A model generated the notes under the pieces. The model was given only the letters and a program-made list of their open reading frames with translations, ran no database searches and was not told where the DNA came from. From the NCBI GenBank assembly GCA_964016885.1, contig OZ024749.1, forward strand, positions 55,924,001-55,988,000: a stretch of 64,000 nt of DNA. The letters run 5' to 3'. The position numbers and the translations under genes are program-made. Shown here in pieces: positions 29,501-43,363 of this stretch. Origin of the DNA: Eledone cirrhosa. Lineage: Eukaryota. Within the stretch, counting starts at the first letter, position 1. Each line of letters starts with the position of its first letter.

Positions 29501-29988
29501 TAAATTTACAGGTAGATTAATTAGAGTGATAGGTATTGAGGTAGATTTATATTTTCATTGCGAGAATTAGAATAAAAAATACTTAAATCAGCAACTTAAA
29601 TACATACACCCAAACAGAAAGAAGACTTAGTTTATCACATATTATTAATTACTAATTAGTGACAAACAAAATTAATTCATTAATCATTAATCATTAATAG
29701 GAAGACAAACAGATTAAGTTCAAACTACTTTCGAGCATGTATATGTGGTCGTAGTGGATTTCCGTCAGTCGCCGACGATGTTTACTCAGTTGTTAGGGCT
29801 ATTAAATGACTATTCGTTAAATTAAACCAGTGATTCCTCCAAATGGGGCGTACGCCTCCATAGGGAATCATTTTGAATATTTAAATGGGACAATTTGAAT
29901 ATTTAAGGGGTCAATTTGAAAATGATGTTAATGAGAACAAACTTCAGGTTTTACCTTATTACTTTTACACCAAGGAAACTTTGGTACA

Positions 29989-30703
29989 CATTACTGTCAG
30001 AAACTCCTGTCTCACCTCCACCACATGTTATAGTACATCTGGCACCACCTATATGGTAGACATTACTGTCAGAAACTCCTGTCTCACCTCCACCACATGT
30101 TATTGTACATCTGGCACCACCTATATGGTAGACATTACTGTCAGAAACTCCTGTCTCACCTCCACCACATGTTATTGTACATCTGGCACCACCTATATGG
30201 TAGACATTACTGTCAGAAACTCCTGTCTCACCTCCACCACATGTTATTGTACATCTGGCACCACCTATATGGTAGACATTACTGTCAGAAACTCCTGTCT
30301 CACCTCCACCACATGTTATTGTACATCTGGCACCACCTATATGGTAGACATTACTGTCAGAAACTCCTGTCTCACCTCCACCACATGTTATTGTACATCT
30401 GGCACCACCTATATGGTAGACATTACTGTCAGAAACTCCTGTCTCACCTCCTCCACATATTATTGTGTATCTGGCACCACCTATATGGTAGACATTACTG
30501 TCAGAAACTCCTGTCTCACCTCCACCGCATATTATTGTGTATCTGGCACCACCTATATGGTAGACATTACTGTCAGAAACTCCTGTCTCACCTCCACCGC
30601 ATATTATTGTGTATCTGGCACCACCTATATGGTAGACATTACTGTCAGAAACTCCTGTCTCACCTCCACCGCATATTATTGTGTATCTGGCACCACCTAT
30701 ACA
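29989..30703. repeat. 72-bp minisatellite, about 10 copies
   Basis: Unit CATTACTGTCAGAAACTCCTGTCTCACCTCCACCACATGTTATTGTACATCTGGCACCACCTATATGGTAGA. Confidence 0.95.
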
Positions 30704-31176
30704 CCAATTTATTAAAATACCATTCTTATCTTTAATCATTCCCACCCAAACGTATCAGTAATCAACATCAGCTATAGGGTTTCTCTTATGCAAACCTTTA
30801 ATTCATCAAAACGCAAATTTCCCAGTTTGTATGTTTCATCATATATTTTGTAACCCTGTTAAATATGGCATACCAATCCTGAACTCTAAGAATCAAATAC
30901 CTAGCTACATACTAACCAATCTATTGTGTTCTGTTGACTAAAGGGTAGACTTATATTTTAATGGTACTCAAACAATTTATTAATATGGTATGGTATTGTC
31001 CTGTAGCTCATGATAGAGTCGGTAGGGCATCGTAGTGACATACGGCGTTTCTTGGCTATTTATTTTAAACCTGGCAGAACCCATCTCCTCTCCAGGTCTG
31101 AATACAACAGATTTCTTCAGAGAAGGATAGAGAGTGAGGGAGAGAGAGAAAAGGTGAGAAAGAGATTTAGAGGAAG

Positions 31177-31366
31177 AATCGACACCAAGTATTAAACTGG
31201 TACTTTTTTATCGACCTCGAATAGATGAAATTAAAAGAATATATAATAAACGAAAGAAAAATAAGGAAAAGTCGATTAAATCGACCCCAGTGTGTTACTG
31301 GTACTTTATTTTATCGACCCTGTACGGATGAAAGGCGAAGTTAACTTCGGCAAATTTTAACTCAGA
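31177..31366 (-). mobile_element. SINE family A, two partial copies
   Basis: ATCGACCCCAGTG..ACTGGTACTTTATTTTATCGACCC..GGATGAAAGGC. Confidence 0.7.
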
Positions 31367-31691
31367 AAGTATTTAATTTTCCATTTAATTATTTATTTAT
31401 TTAATTACGACGTTTAAATACGAAACTACCAACGTAACTCAAATTTATATCTCATACGTTGTTACTATAGTTACGAAAATATCCTCCCAGCGACTTTCAC
31501 ATTTTTTTTTTAGCGGATATTAATATATATGTATATATAATATATATATGTATATATATATAATATATATATATATATAATATATATATATATAATATAT
31601 AATATATATATATATATATAATATATATATATATAATATATAATATATATATATATATATAATATATATATATATAATATATAATATATAT

Positions 31692-31744
<53 letters not shown>

Positions 31745-32120
31745 ATATATATATATATATAATATATATGGAAAGTTATATTTAAATTGTTGGGTTACAA
31801 CGAGTAAATATTTATAACTGATATAAAAGCACTCGACAAATATTTGGAGTATATTTACAATATTAAATAAATGGAAACTATATTTATAAAACCATATTTA
31901 TTTCATTATATATATTTCGGGGATATCATATTAACAATATGCTATGCCTTCCTCAGACAAAATACAATATAAACAGTTTTATAGATAAATAGATTCGACA
32001 TACCGTTATAACACCGACTTGCATTTGAAGAGGTTAAGCTGGCAGATATATATAATATATATATATATAATACATAATATATATATATATAATATATATA
32101 TATAATATATAATATATATT

Positions 32121-32164
<44 letters not shown>

Positions 32165-32165
32165 T

Positions 32166-32260
32166 GAAAAGAGCTCTGGCCGTTTCGACAGCTAGATCCG
32201 AACAGTATCGAGTACTCGAGTGGGTTATGGTCTACCTGGTTTTTACCACACCCTATCTCA
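32166..32260. mobile_element. Family 2 element, internally inverted chimera
   Basis: Minus-strand ribozyme half joined to plus-strand tail AGTATCGAGTACTC...TTATGGTCTACCTGG. Confidence 0.5.
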
Positions 32261-32749
32261 TATATATACATATATACATATATATATACAGAACTATATA
32301 GGAAAATACGTAATAATAATAGCAATCGACACACACACATCACACCACACACATCACATCACACACAACACATCACATCACACACAACACATCACATCAC
32401 ACACAACACATCACACCACACACATCACATCACACACAACACATCACACCACACAACACATCACACCACACACAACACCACACACAACACATCACACCAC
32501 ACACAACACATCACACACAACACATCACACCACACACAACACATCACACCACACACAACACATCACACACAACACATCACACCACACACAACACCACACA
32601 CAACAAATCACACACAACACATCACATCACACCAACTGCAGTTAGAAACAGCTGCTGATAGCAATTGTTAAAGTGTCACACCCAGCTAAAATCTCGTCGG
32701 TGCCACACACACATATATATATATATATATACACACACAGGTGCGTGTG

Positions 32750-32802
<53 letters not shown>

Positions 32803-33004
32803 GTGCGTGTGTATATGTGTATATATTATATATATATATATATACACACAGGTGCGTGTGTGTTTATATGTGCGTGCTGTAAGACACAATCATTGCTGTG
32901 TTATATATAGAGCAGGGAAGAAGACAGAGGAAGGTGATAACGAAGAAAAGTAATAAATAAGGTAGTACTAAATAAAAGAAATATGTGTGTTTGAGTTGTT
33001 ATAT

Positions 33005-33080
33005 CTTCTAGATCTAGATGCCGGCATCCGGAAGTAAGCTGCGCACTGAATCACGTGGATATGTTACTTCCGGATCCACC
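33005..33080. promoter_or_regulatory. Candidate regulatory element: inverted ETS sites around an E-box
   Basis: ATCCGGAAGTAA (33026-33037) / TTACTTCCGGAT (33064-33075), CACGTG between them, CpG-rich. Confidence 0.35.
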
Positions 33081-33325
33081 AGTTTTGGTTGTGATTTAAC
33101 TACAGTGTAGTGCAGTAAGATATATATCATAACTAAAGCTATAGGTACCTACCAACTTACTAGTTACCGGCCTCTCGCTCTCTCTCTTTTTTTTCTCCTC
33201 TATTTCAAATCTTATTCCTGTTTTACTTCGGTTCTGTTGCTAAAGATATGTAAATAAGTGTTGATGTTCTCTCTCCCACTCACTGTCTCCATCAGCTCTC
33301 TCACTCTCCTCATCTCTCACTATTA

Positions 33326-33520
33326 TCAGCAAATGGGGTCCCACGCTTTGGCTGCCCCGCGACCCCGGCGGACAGAATAGGGAAGGGGTTTTCCTGGAGG
33401 ATGGTGAGTGAGACATTCCAGCTCACCAGGCGAGCACCTGCCGGTGGCTAACTCTGTGTCGATGGTAGTGAGTAAGGAGGTGGTCCTAGGGCCAAGGACA
33501 CCAGAAGTCTCCACAAGTTA
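33326..33520 (-). mobile_element. CRE-clade 3' fragment
   Basis: VETSGVLGPRTTSLLTTIDTELATGR; homologous to 14380-14555. Confidence 0.65.
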
Positions 33521-33727
33521 TGGACAATTTAACAGAACACTCTTCTCCATTTTAATGGGAAATAATTATTACGCCTCGGGCTTTGTTTTTTTTTACGTTG
33601 TGCTATCAACTATAATCTGACCTCCGAACATACTGCATTATTATAACCGTAGCCACACACACACGCACACACACATTATAAAGAAGAGAGATAGTTTTAA
33701 ATGTACATTCACTATTTACTGTATGAT

Positions 33728-33797
33728 CCTGTTATACGTATTTCGAAGACATCAAGGTGATTGCATATTAACCCTTTGATGTGTCTCATCAGATAGG
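33728..33797 (-). ncRNA. Type I hammerhead ribozyme with long stem II
   Basis: Minus strand reads CCTAT-CTGATGA-GAC ACATCAA...TTGATGT CTTC-GAAA-TACGTA-TA-ACAGG; palindromic stem III ATACGTAT; AUA triplet; stem I has one mismatch. Confidence 0.75.
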
Positions 33798-34289
33798 TGA
33801 AAAGTTATATATAAATAAATATCTATATATATATAGAGAGAGAGTGTGAGGGGGGGAAGGTAGGTCGGTAGATAGATAGATTGAGAGAGGGGGAGATAGT
33901 TAGATAGATAATGGATTCCAGTATATTATTTGACCTGAAATCGATCGATCGGTTGGTTGTTGTTGTTGTTGGTGGTGTTGGAGAGAGCGAGTGAGATCCG
34001 AAACCCACTAAATATGGGGTGCGTTATACGATATGAGAAAGTATTTATTTTGAAAGGTTGAAGCGTTTTCTATAGCAATTCTAGCTCTCCATCTTGGAAT
34101 ATGTGAAACAATAGAAATATTAAAATGGGAAGAAATAATTGCTATACATTACTGGCAGACAAATTAGATATGGGAATAGTTCTTGTAAATAACCCTTTCA
34201 AACAATATAGGGGGCAAATTTCTCCTAATTCCACTGGCTTTGTGTCTCGCCCGTATCCTTTTGTTTCCTGCACACATACCCCCCCCCCC

Positions 34290-34320
<31 letters not shown>

Positions 34321-35184
34321 CACACACACACATATAATATATATATACACACACACACACATATACATATATATAATATAATATACACACACATATACAT
34401 ATATATAATATATATATATATACACACACATATACATATATATATATACATATATATACATGTGTATATACACATATACATATACAGTATATAATATATA
34501 TATATACACATATATATATAGGCACATATATACACGCTTATATATATATACACACCCCTCCCATATTCATTGTATATTATTATAAATCATCTCGCACCGT
34601 CATCACCACCATCATCAACATCATCGTCATCATCACCACCATCATCATCATCATCATCATCACCATTAAAATTATCCTTATTATATTATATTTGTTTAGT
34701 TTCCATATAATTGTTGTTGTAGTTATTGTTTCCAGTAACAAAGAAAGTCAATTGTAACACGTGACATGTTTTGTTGTCAACAGTAAAAGTCGTTTCCTTA
34801 TTTATTATTTCTTTATTATATTTTCTTAGTTTTTTTTTTTTTTATTTTCCCTTTCTATTATTCTTATTTTGCATTATTACTATTATTTTATTATCATTAT
34901 TTTTTGTTTATATTTATTTATATTTATTTATATTTATTTATATTTATTTATATTTGTTTATATTTATTTATATTTATTTACATTTATTTATTTATATTTA
35001 TTTTTATTTATATTTATTTTGCTATATTTAATCATTTCGTCACTTAAATGGTTTTGGGTGTCACAACAATAAAGGATATTTAAGTTTAACAAGGGAGATA
35101 ATTACAGCTTACTCGTATTTCATACACACACATACTGTCACTCCTTTCTCTACCTCGCTGTCTCGCTTTCTTCTGTCTTTATCT

Positions 35185-35222
<38 letters not shown>

Positions 35223-35241
35223 GTCTGTGTCTGTCTTTCTT

Positions 35242-35294
<53 letters not shown>

Positions 35295-35585
35295 ATCCCT
35301 CTTCCTCTCTGTGTAAAACCATTTCGCTCCATGACACTTCCTTTCAATCTATCACACACAGACTCTCTCTCTCTCTCTTTCTTTCTCTAACTCTCTCTCT
35401 CTAGCTCTTTCTTTCTCACTAACTCTCTCTTTCTCTAACTCTCTCTCCTCTCTCTCTCTGTAAATCCATTTAGCTACATGACACTTCCTTTCAATCTATC
35501 ACACACAGACTCTCTCTCTCTCTCTTTCTTTCTCTAACTCTCTCTCTCTAGCTCTTTCTTTCTCACTAACTCTCTCTTTCTCTAA

Positions 35586-35651
<66 letters not shown>

Positions 35652-35747
35652 ATTCTCTCTCTCTCTCTCTCTCTCAGTACCCTCGTCTCTTTAACTTTCT
35701 CTACGTTAAATCATCAACTTTACCAGACCCTATACTAAGCCGTATGT

Positions 35748-35862
35748 AGGCGAATTGGCAGAGTCGTTAGAATGTCAGATAGAATGCCTTGCGGTATTTG
35801 TTCTGGCACTCAACTCTCAGAGTTCAAATCCTGCCGAGGTCAACTTTACCTTTTATCCATCC
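35748..35862 (+). mobile_element. SINE family A 5' half
   Basis: GGCGAATTGGCAGAGTCGTTAG...GAGTTCAAATCCTGCCGAGGTCAACTTT. Confidence 0.75.
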
Positions 35863-35983
35863 GTATTCAGATTTCTCAACCGAAAATCCACCCGAAGTAG
35901 CTTACACAGAGCGAAACATATAACCATCTTTAACAAATCTGTACCCACACCTCCTACGTCTTTCATCACTAAGGGCTTAAATA

Positions 35984-36127
35984 CCGTATTTCCCGGCGCC
36001 GAAGACGCTTCGTCCTCGAGGACGTACCCTAACTTTGACAACAAAAAATTTGAAAAAAATAATAATAAACAACGTTCGGCCTCCAGGACGCATGGTAGAT
36101 TTTTGTGACTTATTTTAGGAAATACGG
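35984..36127. mobile_element. Tc1/mariner-pogo-type MITE
   Basis: TIR CCGTATTTCC / GGAAATACGG flanked by TA on both sides. Confidence 0.65.
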
Positions 36128-36254
36128 TACCTGAATAATTTGACTCTTTTTTAATATATATATATATAATTTTTAATAGTTAGTGTTAAAAACTAATGAT
36201 AAAATAAAAGTATATTTTAAAACATGGGGCCCCTTAGGTTGTGTGACCTTATAC

Positions 36255-36332
36255 CCTCCTCCAGGGAAACGCCTTCTCCATTCTGTCCGCCGGGGCTATG
36301 GGGAGGCCAGCACGTGGGACCCCATTTGCTCA
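36255..36332 (+). mobile_element. CRE-clade extreme 3' fragment
   Basis: CCTCCAGGGAAACGCCTTCTCCATTCTGTCCGCCGGGG...GGGACCCCATTTGCT shared with the other copies. Confidence 0.6.
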
Positions 36333-36604
36333 CCAAACGGACAAATGGGGAGGGTGAGAGAGATGAAGGCGATGACTGTGGTATTGGTTGTGGGACAGCA
36401 GTGGGGTTGGTAGTGGTTGTAGTTCTGGTTGTGGCGACGGTGGTAGTGAAGCTGTAGATTATTTAGTTTATAGGTAAGTCCAGTACTGAGTTTTCTAGTC
36501 ATTTTGGTTGGCAAGGTTTCACTAATCTATTAATTCTATTAATCCACTGTCCACCTTAGAGAATATTTTATTTTATGAACCCCACAAATATATCAATCAA
36601 CATC

Positions 36605-36740
36605 AATCAATAGGTCACATTGTTTGCACAGATTCCTGTGATTCTCTGTCACCATCCTATTGTTCATTATATTCAGCAGGTGAGAGGGGTTGCAGTTTAT
36701 GTCATCACAAATCTCCTTGATATAAGTATTGGCCATAAGA
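36605..36740 (-). mobile_element. Possible RTE/RTEX LINE 3' fragment
   Basis: TYIKEICDDINCNPSHLLNIMNNR resembles the TYIDxLxxDTG..LxxxMxDR C-terminus. Confidence 0.35.
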
Positions 36741-37129
36741 TATAAGTCAAAGTTTACTTCAACAAGATTTGAACTCAGAAGACAGAGAGATGGAAACAAA
36801 TATTATAAAGTTGTTTTTTTAATTATTTTCTGCTTCAATTTTTCTACCATTTTGTAGAAAAAATAGAAATAAAAAAGAATTTAAAAATATCACAAGGTGA
36901 GGTGGGTGTGGCTGTTCTATTTTGCCTCCATTGCTGTCCTCCAGGGCAATTTTTTCTCTATCCTGTCTGCTGGGACCACGAGGCAGACTGTCCCTTACAT
37001 TTACTTTATGATGGTGGTATGCGTAATAGATTTACTTCCATAAGCATAGTGTCTCCCTCACTCTCTTCCGGGGGTCAATGTCTGCTTATCCATAGACATA
37101 CATGAATGGAGTTGATCAACAAGATCCCA

Positions 37130-37430
37130 GAGATCATTCGATTACTGAGTGGGGTGGAGCTTGTCAAACATGATGAAAGGAATAACATTTCCACTGTTTT
37201 TCCAATTACTGATACTATCTACTGGTCACAACTCCTGGCAGAAAGAGTGAAGTAAAATAAATGTCTTGCTCAAGGACATGCACATTCTGGGAATCAAACT
37301 CACAACCTCACAATTGCGACTGAGAATCTAATTATCTACCCCATAAGCCAACCAACACATCACCTAGTCCAGGAATCGAACTCACAACTTCATGACTGTG
37401 AATCCAATCCTTTACCCAATAAGCCACGTG
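37130..37430 (-). mobile_element. SINE family B (head duplicated)
   Basis: Two GGAATC(G/A)AACTCACAAC B-box segments; TGTCTTGCTCAAGGACA. Confidence 0.7.
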
Positions 37431-37880
37431 CCCTCCCAAAAAACACCACCAACAACAATGAAACCCAAACAAACTTTAGTACTGTAAACAATTAAACTTT
37501 ACTCACATGTTTTCTTGTAATGGCTATTAATATATTTATTTATTTCTTCATTTGCTGCGGTATATTCTATGTCCTGAATTCCATTTAAACATTGATTATT
37601 TAATGACATTCTTGTGTAAAAGGACACCTCTCGACATAACACAGTTGACACTGTTTTGGTGGTGATGGAGGGATGGCGGAAAGGGAGGGGGCTGAGTTTG
37701 TGGGGTAAGGGAATGGTAGGGGGAGACGTTGCATGAATTGCTATTAAAAAAATATGGAAAACAAAATTAAAATTAATAATTGCCCAATTATATCTGACTG
37801 TGTTAGAAGCAAGCTTTAAGATATACAGATATGTGTCTTTCACCCTTCTTCCATCTCCTTTATATATGTGTATATATATA

Positions 37881-37913
<33 letters not shown>

Positions 37914-37949
37914 ATGTATATATATGAAGAATCCTGTTGTAAATAGGGA

Positions 37950-38062
37950 GGCAACCACTGTTAAAAAAGGTACTCAATACATTAGTAGAGTGTAGGCATA
38001 TTTATTTTGTGATGAGTTTTTACAAATGAAACAGTTCTATTCCTGTAGAAGTCATTTCTATA
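37950..38062. mobile_element. Family 1 hammerhead element copy (inverted 3' piece plus degenerate ribozyme)
   Basis: GTGATGA-GTTT TTAC AAAT-GAAA-CAG TTCTATTC CTG-TA-GAAG at 38009-38051, preceded by the reverse complement of the family tail. Confidence 0.6.
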
Positions 38063-38371
38063 ATAATAATAATAATAATAATAATTATTATTATTATTAT
38101 AATTATATATATATATACATACACACACACATATATACACAAATATATACACTCATTCATGTAAATCTAAGTAATTAAAAATGCTTTACGGGGTAAGATT
38201 TCAGAATCAAACACATTCTTTCATTTTATTCAACCCTGTATGGAAGAAACACATGTTCTGTTCCTCTGTTCCTCATAATAAACTCATTCATTCTTACAGA
38301 ACTGTGTATCAACAACAACAACAACAACAACAAATTCTTCTTCTTCTTCTTCTTCTTCTTTTCTTCTTCTT

Positions 38372-38590
38372 CTGCTTCGCCCACTTATTCATGTGAGGCT
38401 TGTGGGGGCAGAGTCCTCCAACACACCTACAGTAGGTCCTGTCAGAAGTGCAACCATCACCAATTGATCTGCCTGTATCACACCAAGCGAGACCAGCCGA
38501 CCTCATGGATATTATCCAACCATCTTCCTCAGGGTCTACTTCTGGAGATCATGCCAGCAGCTTTTGCTTTTAAAATCTGTCCAGTGTGTT
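38372..38590 (-). mobile_element. RTE-like LINE 3' end (second family)
   Basis: Reverse complement of the 29220-29490 segment, with (GAA)n tail at 38336-38372. Confidence 0.6.
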
Positions 38591-38659
38591 GGAATTGATG
38601 TACATTAGTTCAGAGTCTAGAATTATATATATGTATATATATATATATACATACATGTG

Positions 38660-38775
38660 TATTCTGGATTCAATCGGTGGTAACCGCAGTAAATATGGTA
38701 CTCAATACATAGTAGAGTATATATAATGTTTAATATAGAAATGGCTTCTACAGGACTAGAACTGTTTCGTTTGAA
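38660..38775 (-). mobile_element. Family 1 hammerhead element copy, 5'-truncated in stem II
   Basis: Minus strand: CAAAC-GAAA-CAGTTCTAGTCCTG-TA-GAAG...CTCTACTATGTATTGAGTACC, matching 6055-6125. Confidence 0.6.
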
Positions 38776-38784
38776 ACACACACA

Positions 38785-38990
38785 CGTGGCTGAGTGGGTA
38801 GCGAATAGGATTCACAATCGTGAGGTTGTGAGTTTGATTCCTGGGCCGGGTGATGCGTTATGTCCTTGAGCAAGACACTTTATTTCACGTTGCTCCTTCT
38901 ACCTGGAGTTGTGACAGATAGATAGTATTAGCAATTGGAAAGACCAATGGAAACATTGTTTCCACGGACCGATTTGATGAAAGTCAATTG
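38785..38990 (+). mobile_element. tRNA-derived SINE family B (CORE-like TGTCCTTGAGCAAGACACTT)
   Basis: A-box TGGCTGAGTGG, B-box GAGTTTGATTCC, then TGTCCTTGAGCAAGACACTTTATTTCACGTTGCTC. Confidence 0.8.
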
Positions 38991-40125
38991 ACTCCTATCT
39001 ATATATAAGCTATTTGATTTTTTTTTAAAAAGGCAAGATAACAGCAAATTATAACTTACCATTCCACAATTCCTTAACCATTACATATTGCAATAAAATA
39101 TATATAATAAAGAAGAAAAATATAGAAATAACTGCCAAGTATTCAATATATAACAGTAGAGAATCTGTATGTGTTTGTGTGCATGTGTGTGTATGTGTCT
39201 GTGTATATCTATGTATGTCTGTATGTATGTCTGTATGTATGTCAATATGTGTCTCTGTGTGTGTGTCTGTGTCTGTGTATGTCTGTGTGTGTGTCTGTAT
39301 GTCTGTGTGTGTATGTCAGTATGTGTGTGTGTCTGTGTCTGTGTATGTCTGTGTATGTATCTGTGTGTGTCTGTATGTCTGTGTGTGTATGTCAGTATGT
39401 GTCTCTGTGTGTGTGTCTGTGTCTGTGTATGTCTGTGTATGTGTCTGTGTATGTCTGTGTATGTCTGTGTGTGTGTCTGTATGTCTGTGTGTGTATGTCA
39501 GTATGTGTGTCTGTGTATGTCTGTGTGTGTGCCTGTGTATGTGTCTGTATTTGTGCATTTATCTGTGTATTTATACATCTCTGCATATTTATGAGTATGT
39601 GTGTGTGCATCTCTAAATATATGTGTCTCTGAATATATATCTCTCTATGTGTACATGTGTACATGTATGTGTCTGTGTGAATGTGTATATATATATGTAT
39701 CTCTAAATATATATCTCTATATATGTACATGTGTATATGTGTATATGTGGGAGGAAATCAACCCTCACAGAAAATAAAAAAACCCATGAAACTGATAAAA
39801 ATATAACTTTTAATCCGGTAATAGAGTTGTCGCATGCAGCATTAAATCTTATTTTTTAATTCTCTAATAGATTGGTGCCATGTAGCAATAAATCTTGGAG
39901 GAAATATGTCTAAGGACTTGACAATGAATCAATGTAGACAACATGTATCTTCTCTGATGGTAAGGAAATATATCTAGCTATCTATCAAGCTATATATGTT
40001 TGTGTATAGGTATCTATGTATGTATGTAGGTTTATATGTGGAGGGCTGTATATATATATGTGTATGTATGTATGTATGGTTGTATGTATATATGCATATA
40101 TATGCATGTGTTTATATATATATAT

Positions 40126-40161
<36 letters not shown>

Positions 40162-40381
40162 ATAGATTTAAATGTGGGTGTATAAAAAAGCAATCCTCCT
40201 TCACATATATATGTGCGTATATGTATATATATATATTTATATATATATATATACGCACATATATATTTATGTAGATATATATATATACACACATATATAT
40301 TTATGTATGTTTATATATATATATGTATATATATATGTATATATATATCATCATCATCGTTTAACGTCCACCTTCCACGCT

Positions 40382-40424
<43 letters not shown>

Positions 40425-40749
40425 TGCCACCAAATGTCTAGAGAGGACATATAAGAGGCTAGGAGGTCCTCAGAGAAATATCTATGATAGAAGGGAAGAT
40501 TTATTGACCACCATGTTCTTATTTTATTTCAGCAGTTTTTAAAAAAAATATATATTTTCCATATCATAATACCAACCTAAATATTTTTTATGCCTCATGA
40601 ATACTTCCCACCCACTCCGCACACATACATATACACACACACACGCATATATATATATATATATTATCATTATATTATGTAACACACATATATAATATAT
40701 TATATATTACTACATTATATAACACACATGCACATATGTATATAGAATA

Positions 40750-40815
<66 letters not shown>

Positions 40816-40828
40816 TTATATGTATATA

Positions 40829-40892
<64 letters not shown>

Positions 40893-40953
40893 GTATGTGG
40901 GTGTGTGAGTGTGTCAGATATAAATCTTTCAACTCATGTATGTGCATATGATG

Positions 40954-41003
<50 letters not shown>

Positions 41004-41649
41004 TGCAAGTATATTTACACACATATATAAGTAAAAATATTTTTATCACACGTATATATATATATATATACATTTGTATACACACATGTATATATACTTT
41101 TTTTCTTCTTCTAAATCTTAATTATATGTTATAATATGAAAAACATTTGGTTCTTGGCATTGCTCTTACACTTGTTGTTGTTGTTGTTGTTGTTGTTGTA
41201 GTGCTGTTGTTGTAGTGTTGTTGTTGCTGCTGTAGTGTTGTTGTTATTGTTGTAGTGTTGTTGGTGATGCTGTTGTAGTGTTGTTGCTGTTGTAGTGCCG
41301 TTGTTGTTGTTGTAGTGCTGTTGTAGTGTTGTTGTTGCTGCTGTAGTGTTGTTGTTGTTGTGTTGTTGTTGCTGTTGTAGTGTTGTTGTTGATGCCGTTG
41401 TAGTGTTGTTGATGCTGTTGTAGTTGTAGTGCTGTTGTTGTTGTTGTTGCTGATGTTTTGTTGTTGTTGTTGATGTCATAGTGTTGTTGCTGTTGTTGTT
41501 GTAGTGTTGTTGTTGCTGATGTTTTGTGTTGTTGTTGTTGTTGTTGTTGTTGCAGTGTTGCTGCTGTTGCCGTGTTGCTGGATACAGCAGATTTCTTCGA
41601 GAGAAAGATAAAAAGTGAGAGAATTAAAATGAGAAAGAGATATAGAGGA

Positions 41650-41812
41650 AGAGTCAACCCCAGTATTAGACTGGTACTTTTACTTATCGACCTCAAATAA
41701 ATGAAAGGCAAAGTAAACCTCAGTGGGATTTGAACTCAGTGAGCTGAAAGCCGGAATAAATACCACAAAACATTCTATCTGCCGTTCTAACAACTCTGCC
41801 AAATTGCTGACT
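41650..41812 (-). mobile_element. SINE family A
   Basis: Core and tRNA head on the minus strand. Confidence 0.75.
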
Positions 41813-41904
41813 TAATCAATGGAATAATTACCACATAATTAATGGACCATACATTTTTTTTGTTACTTTATTATTTTTTTCTTCGTCACTAAACACACAT
41901 ACCT

Positions 41905-41957
<53 letters not shown>

Positions 41958-42123
41958 TTCCCCCCATTTTCATTTTTCAGTTATGTTTTTATCAATTATG
42001 ATATAAAATAACAATAGTTTAGCAGACATATTCTTACGAACTCCACGACATTTGTTATAATACACGGTCACATGCAGCTTAAAGCTTGGATATATATATA
42101 TGTATATATATATATGTGTATGT

Positions 42124-42241
<118 letters not shown>

Positions 42242-42444
42242 GTATGTGTATATATATATGTATGTATGTATATATATATATATATATATATATCATCATC
42301 ATCATCGTTTAACGCCTATCTTCCACACTAGCATGTGTTTATATATATATACCTATATATATGTATATATATATATATATATGTTTATACACATACACAT
42401 ATACACACACATATATATATATACACACACACACACACATATAT

Positions 42445-42589
<145 letters not shown>

Positions 42590-42835
42590 TGCATATATAT
42601 ATGGTCACATCTGTTTCAAGAATAGAATGTGTTAAATGTTGATAGAAAGAAATCTAAAACTATTGTTATAAAAGTATTACCATTATTTTCTGTCTCTTTG
42701 TTGTTGTTGTTCAGTTTTTTCATATTGGAAATTGGTACATACATGCACATCTCGCTCCCCCCTCTCTCTCTCACTCTCTCTCTCTCCCTCTCTCTCTCTT
42801 TCCCTCCCCAGAGTGAAACTGTGTATAAGAGGAAT

Positions 42836-43110
42836 AAACTGTAGAGTGCAGGAGAGAAGACTGCGTTGCTATCGACATGTGTTGTGCATGGAAGGTGACC
42901 TCTGGGTGAAGAAGTGCCAAGAAATCCCAGTACAAGGAAGACACAGTAGAGGAAGACCAAGAAAACATGGGTGGAGATGGTGAGAGCTGACCTCAGATTG
43001 CTGAAGCTCACAGAGGAGATGACGAAGGACCGTGACGAATGGAGAGATGCTGTGCTGAATAGGACCCATCCCACCCTTGCAAGCAGAGAAAAGCGGACGT
43101 AAAATGATAT
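42836..43110 (+). mobile_element. RTE-clade LINE 3' end, decayed
   Basis: VQERRLRCYRHVLCMEG..VKKCQEIPVQGRHSRGRPRK / MVRADLRLLKLTEEMTKDRDEWRDAVL, typical RTE C-terminus (RLRWYGHV, GRPRKTW). Confidence 0.75.
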
Positions 43111-43209
43111 CATCACCATTTAACGTCTATTTTTCCAGAACTGATTTTTGCTTGGTTTCTATGGCTGGATGCTCTTCCTAACGCCAACCACATTTGCAGT
43201 GAGTACTGG

Positions 43210-43363
43210 GTGCTTTTTGTTTTGACACCTACATGGTCACTTTACAGTGTGGGCTGCGTGCTTTTTGTTTTGACACCTACATGGCCACTTTACAGTGTGG
43301 GCTGCGTGCTTTTTGTTTTGACACCTACATGGCCACTTTACAGTGTGGGCTGTGTGCTTTTTG
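43210..43363. repeat. 48-bp tandem triplication
   Basis: GTGCTTTTTGTTTTGACACCTACATGGCCACTTTACAGTGTGGGCTGC x3. Confidence 0.85.

Noticed and set aside
38785-38850. tRNA gene
   Set aside because: A/B boxes belong to a SINE head. There is no acceptor stem, and it continues into the SINE body.
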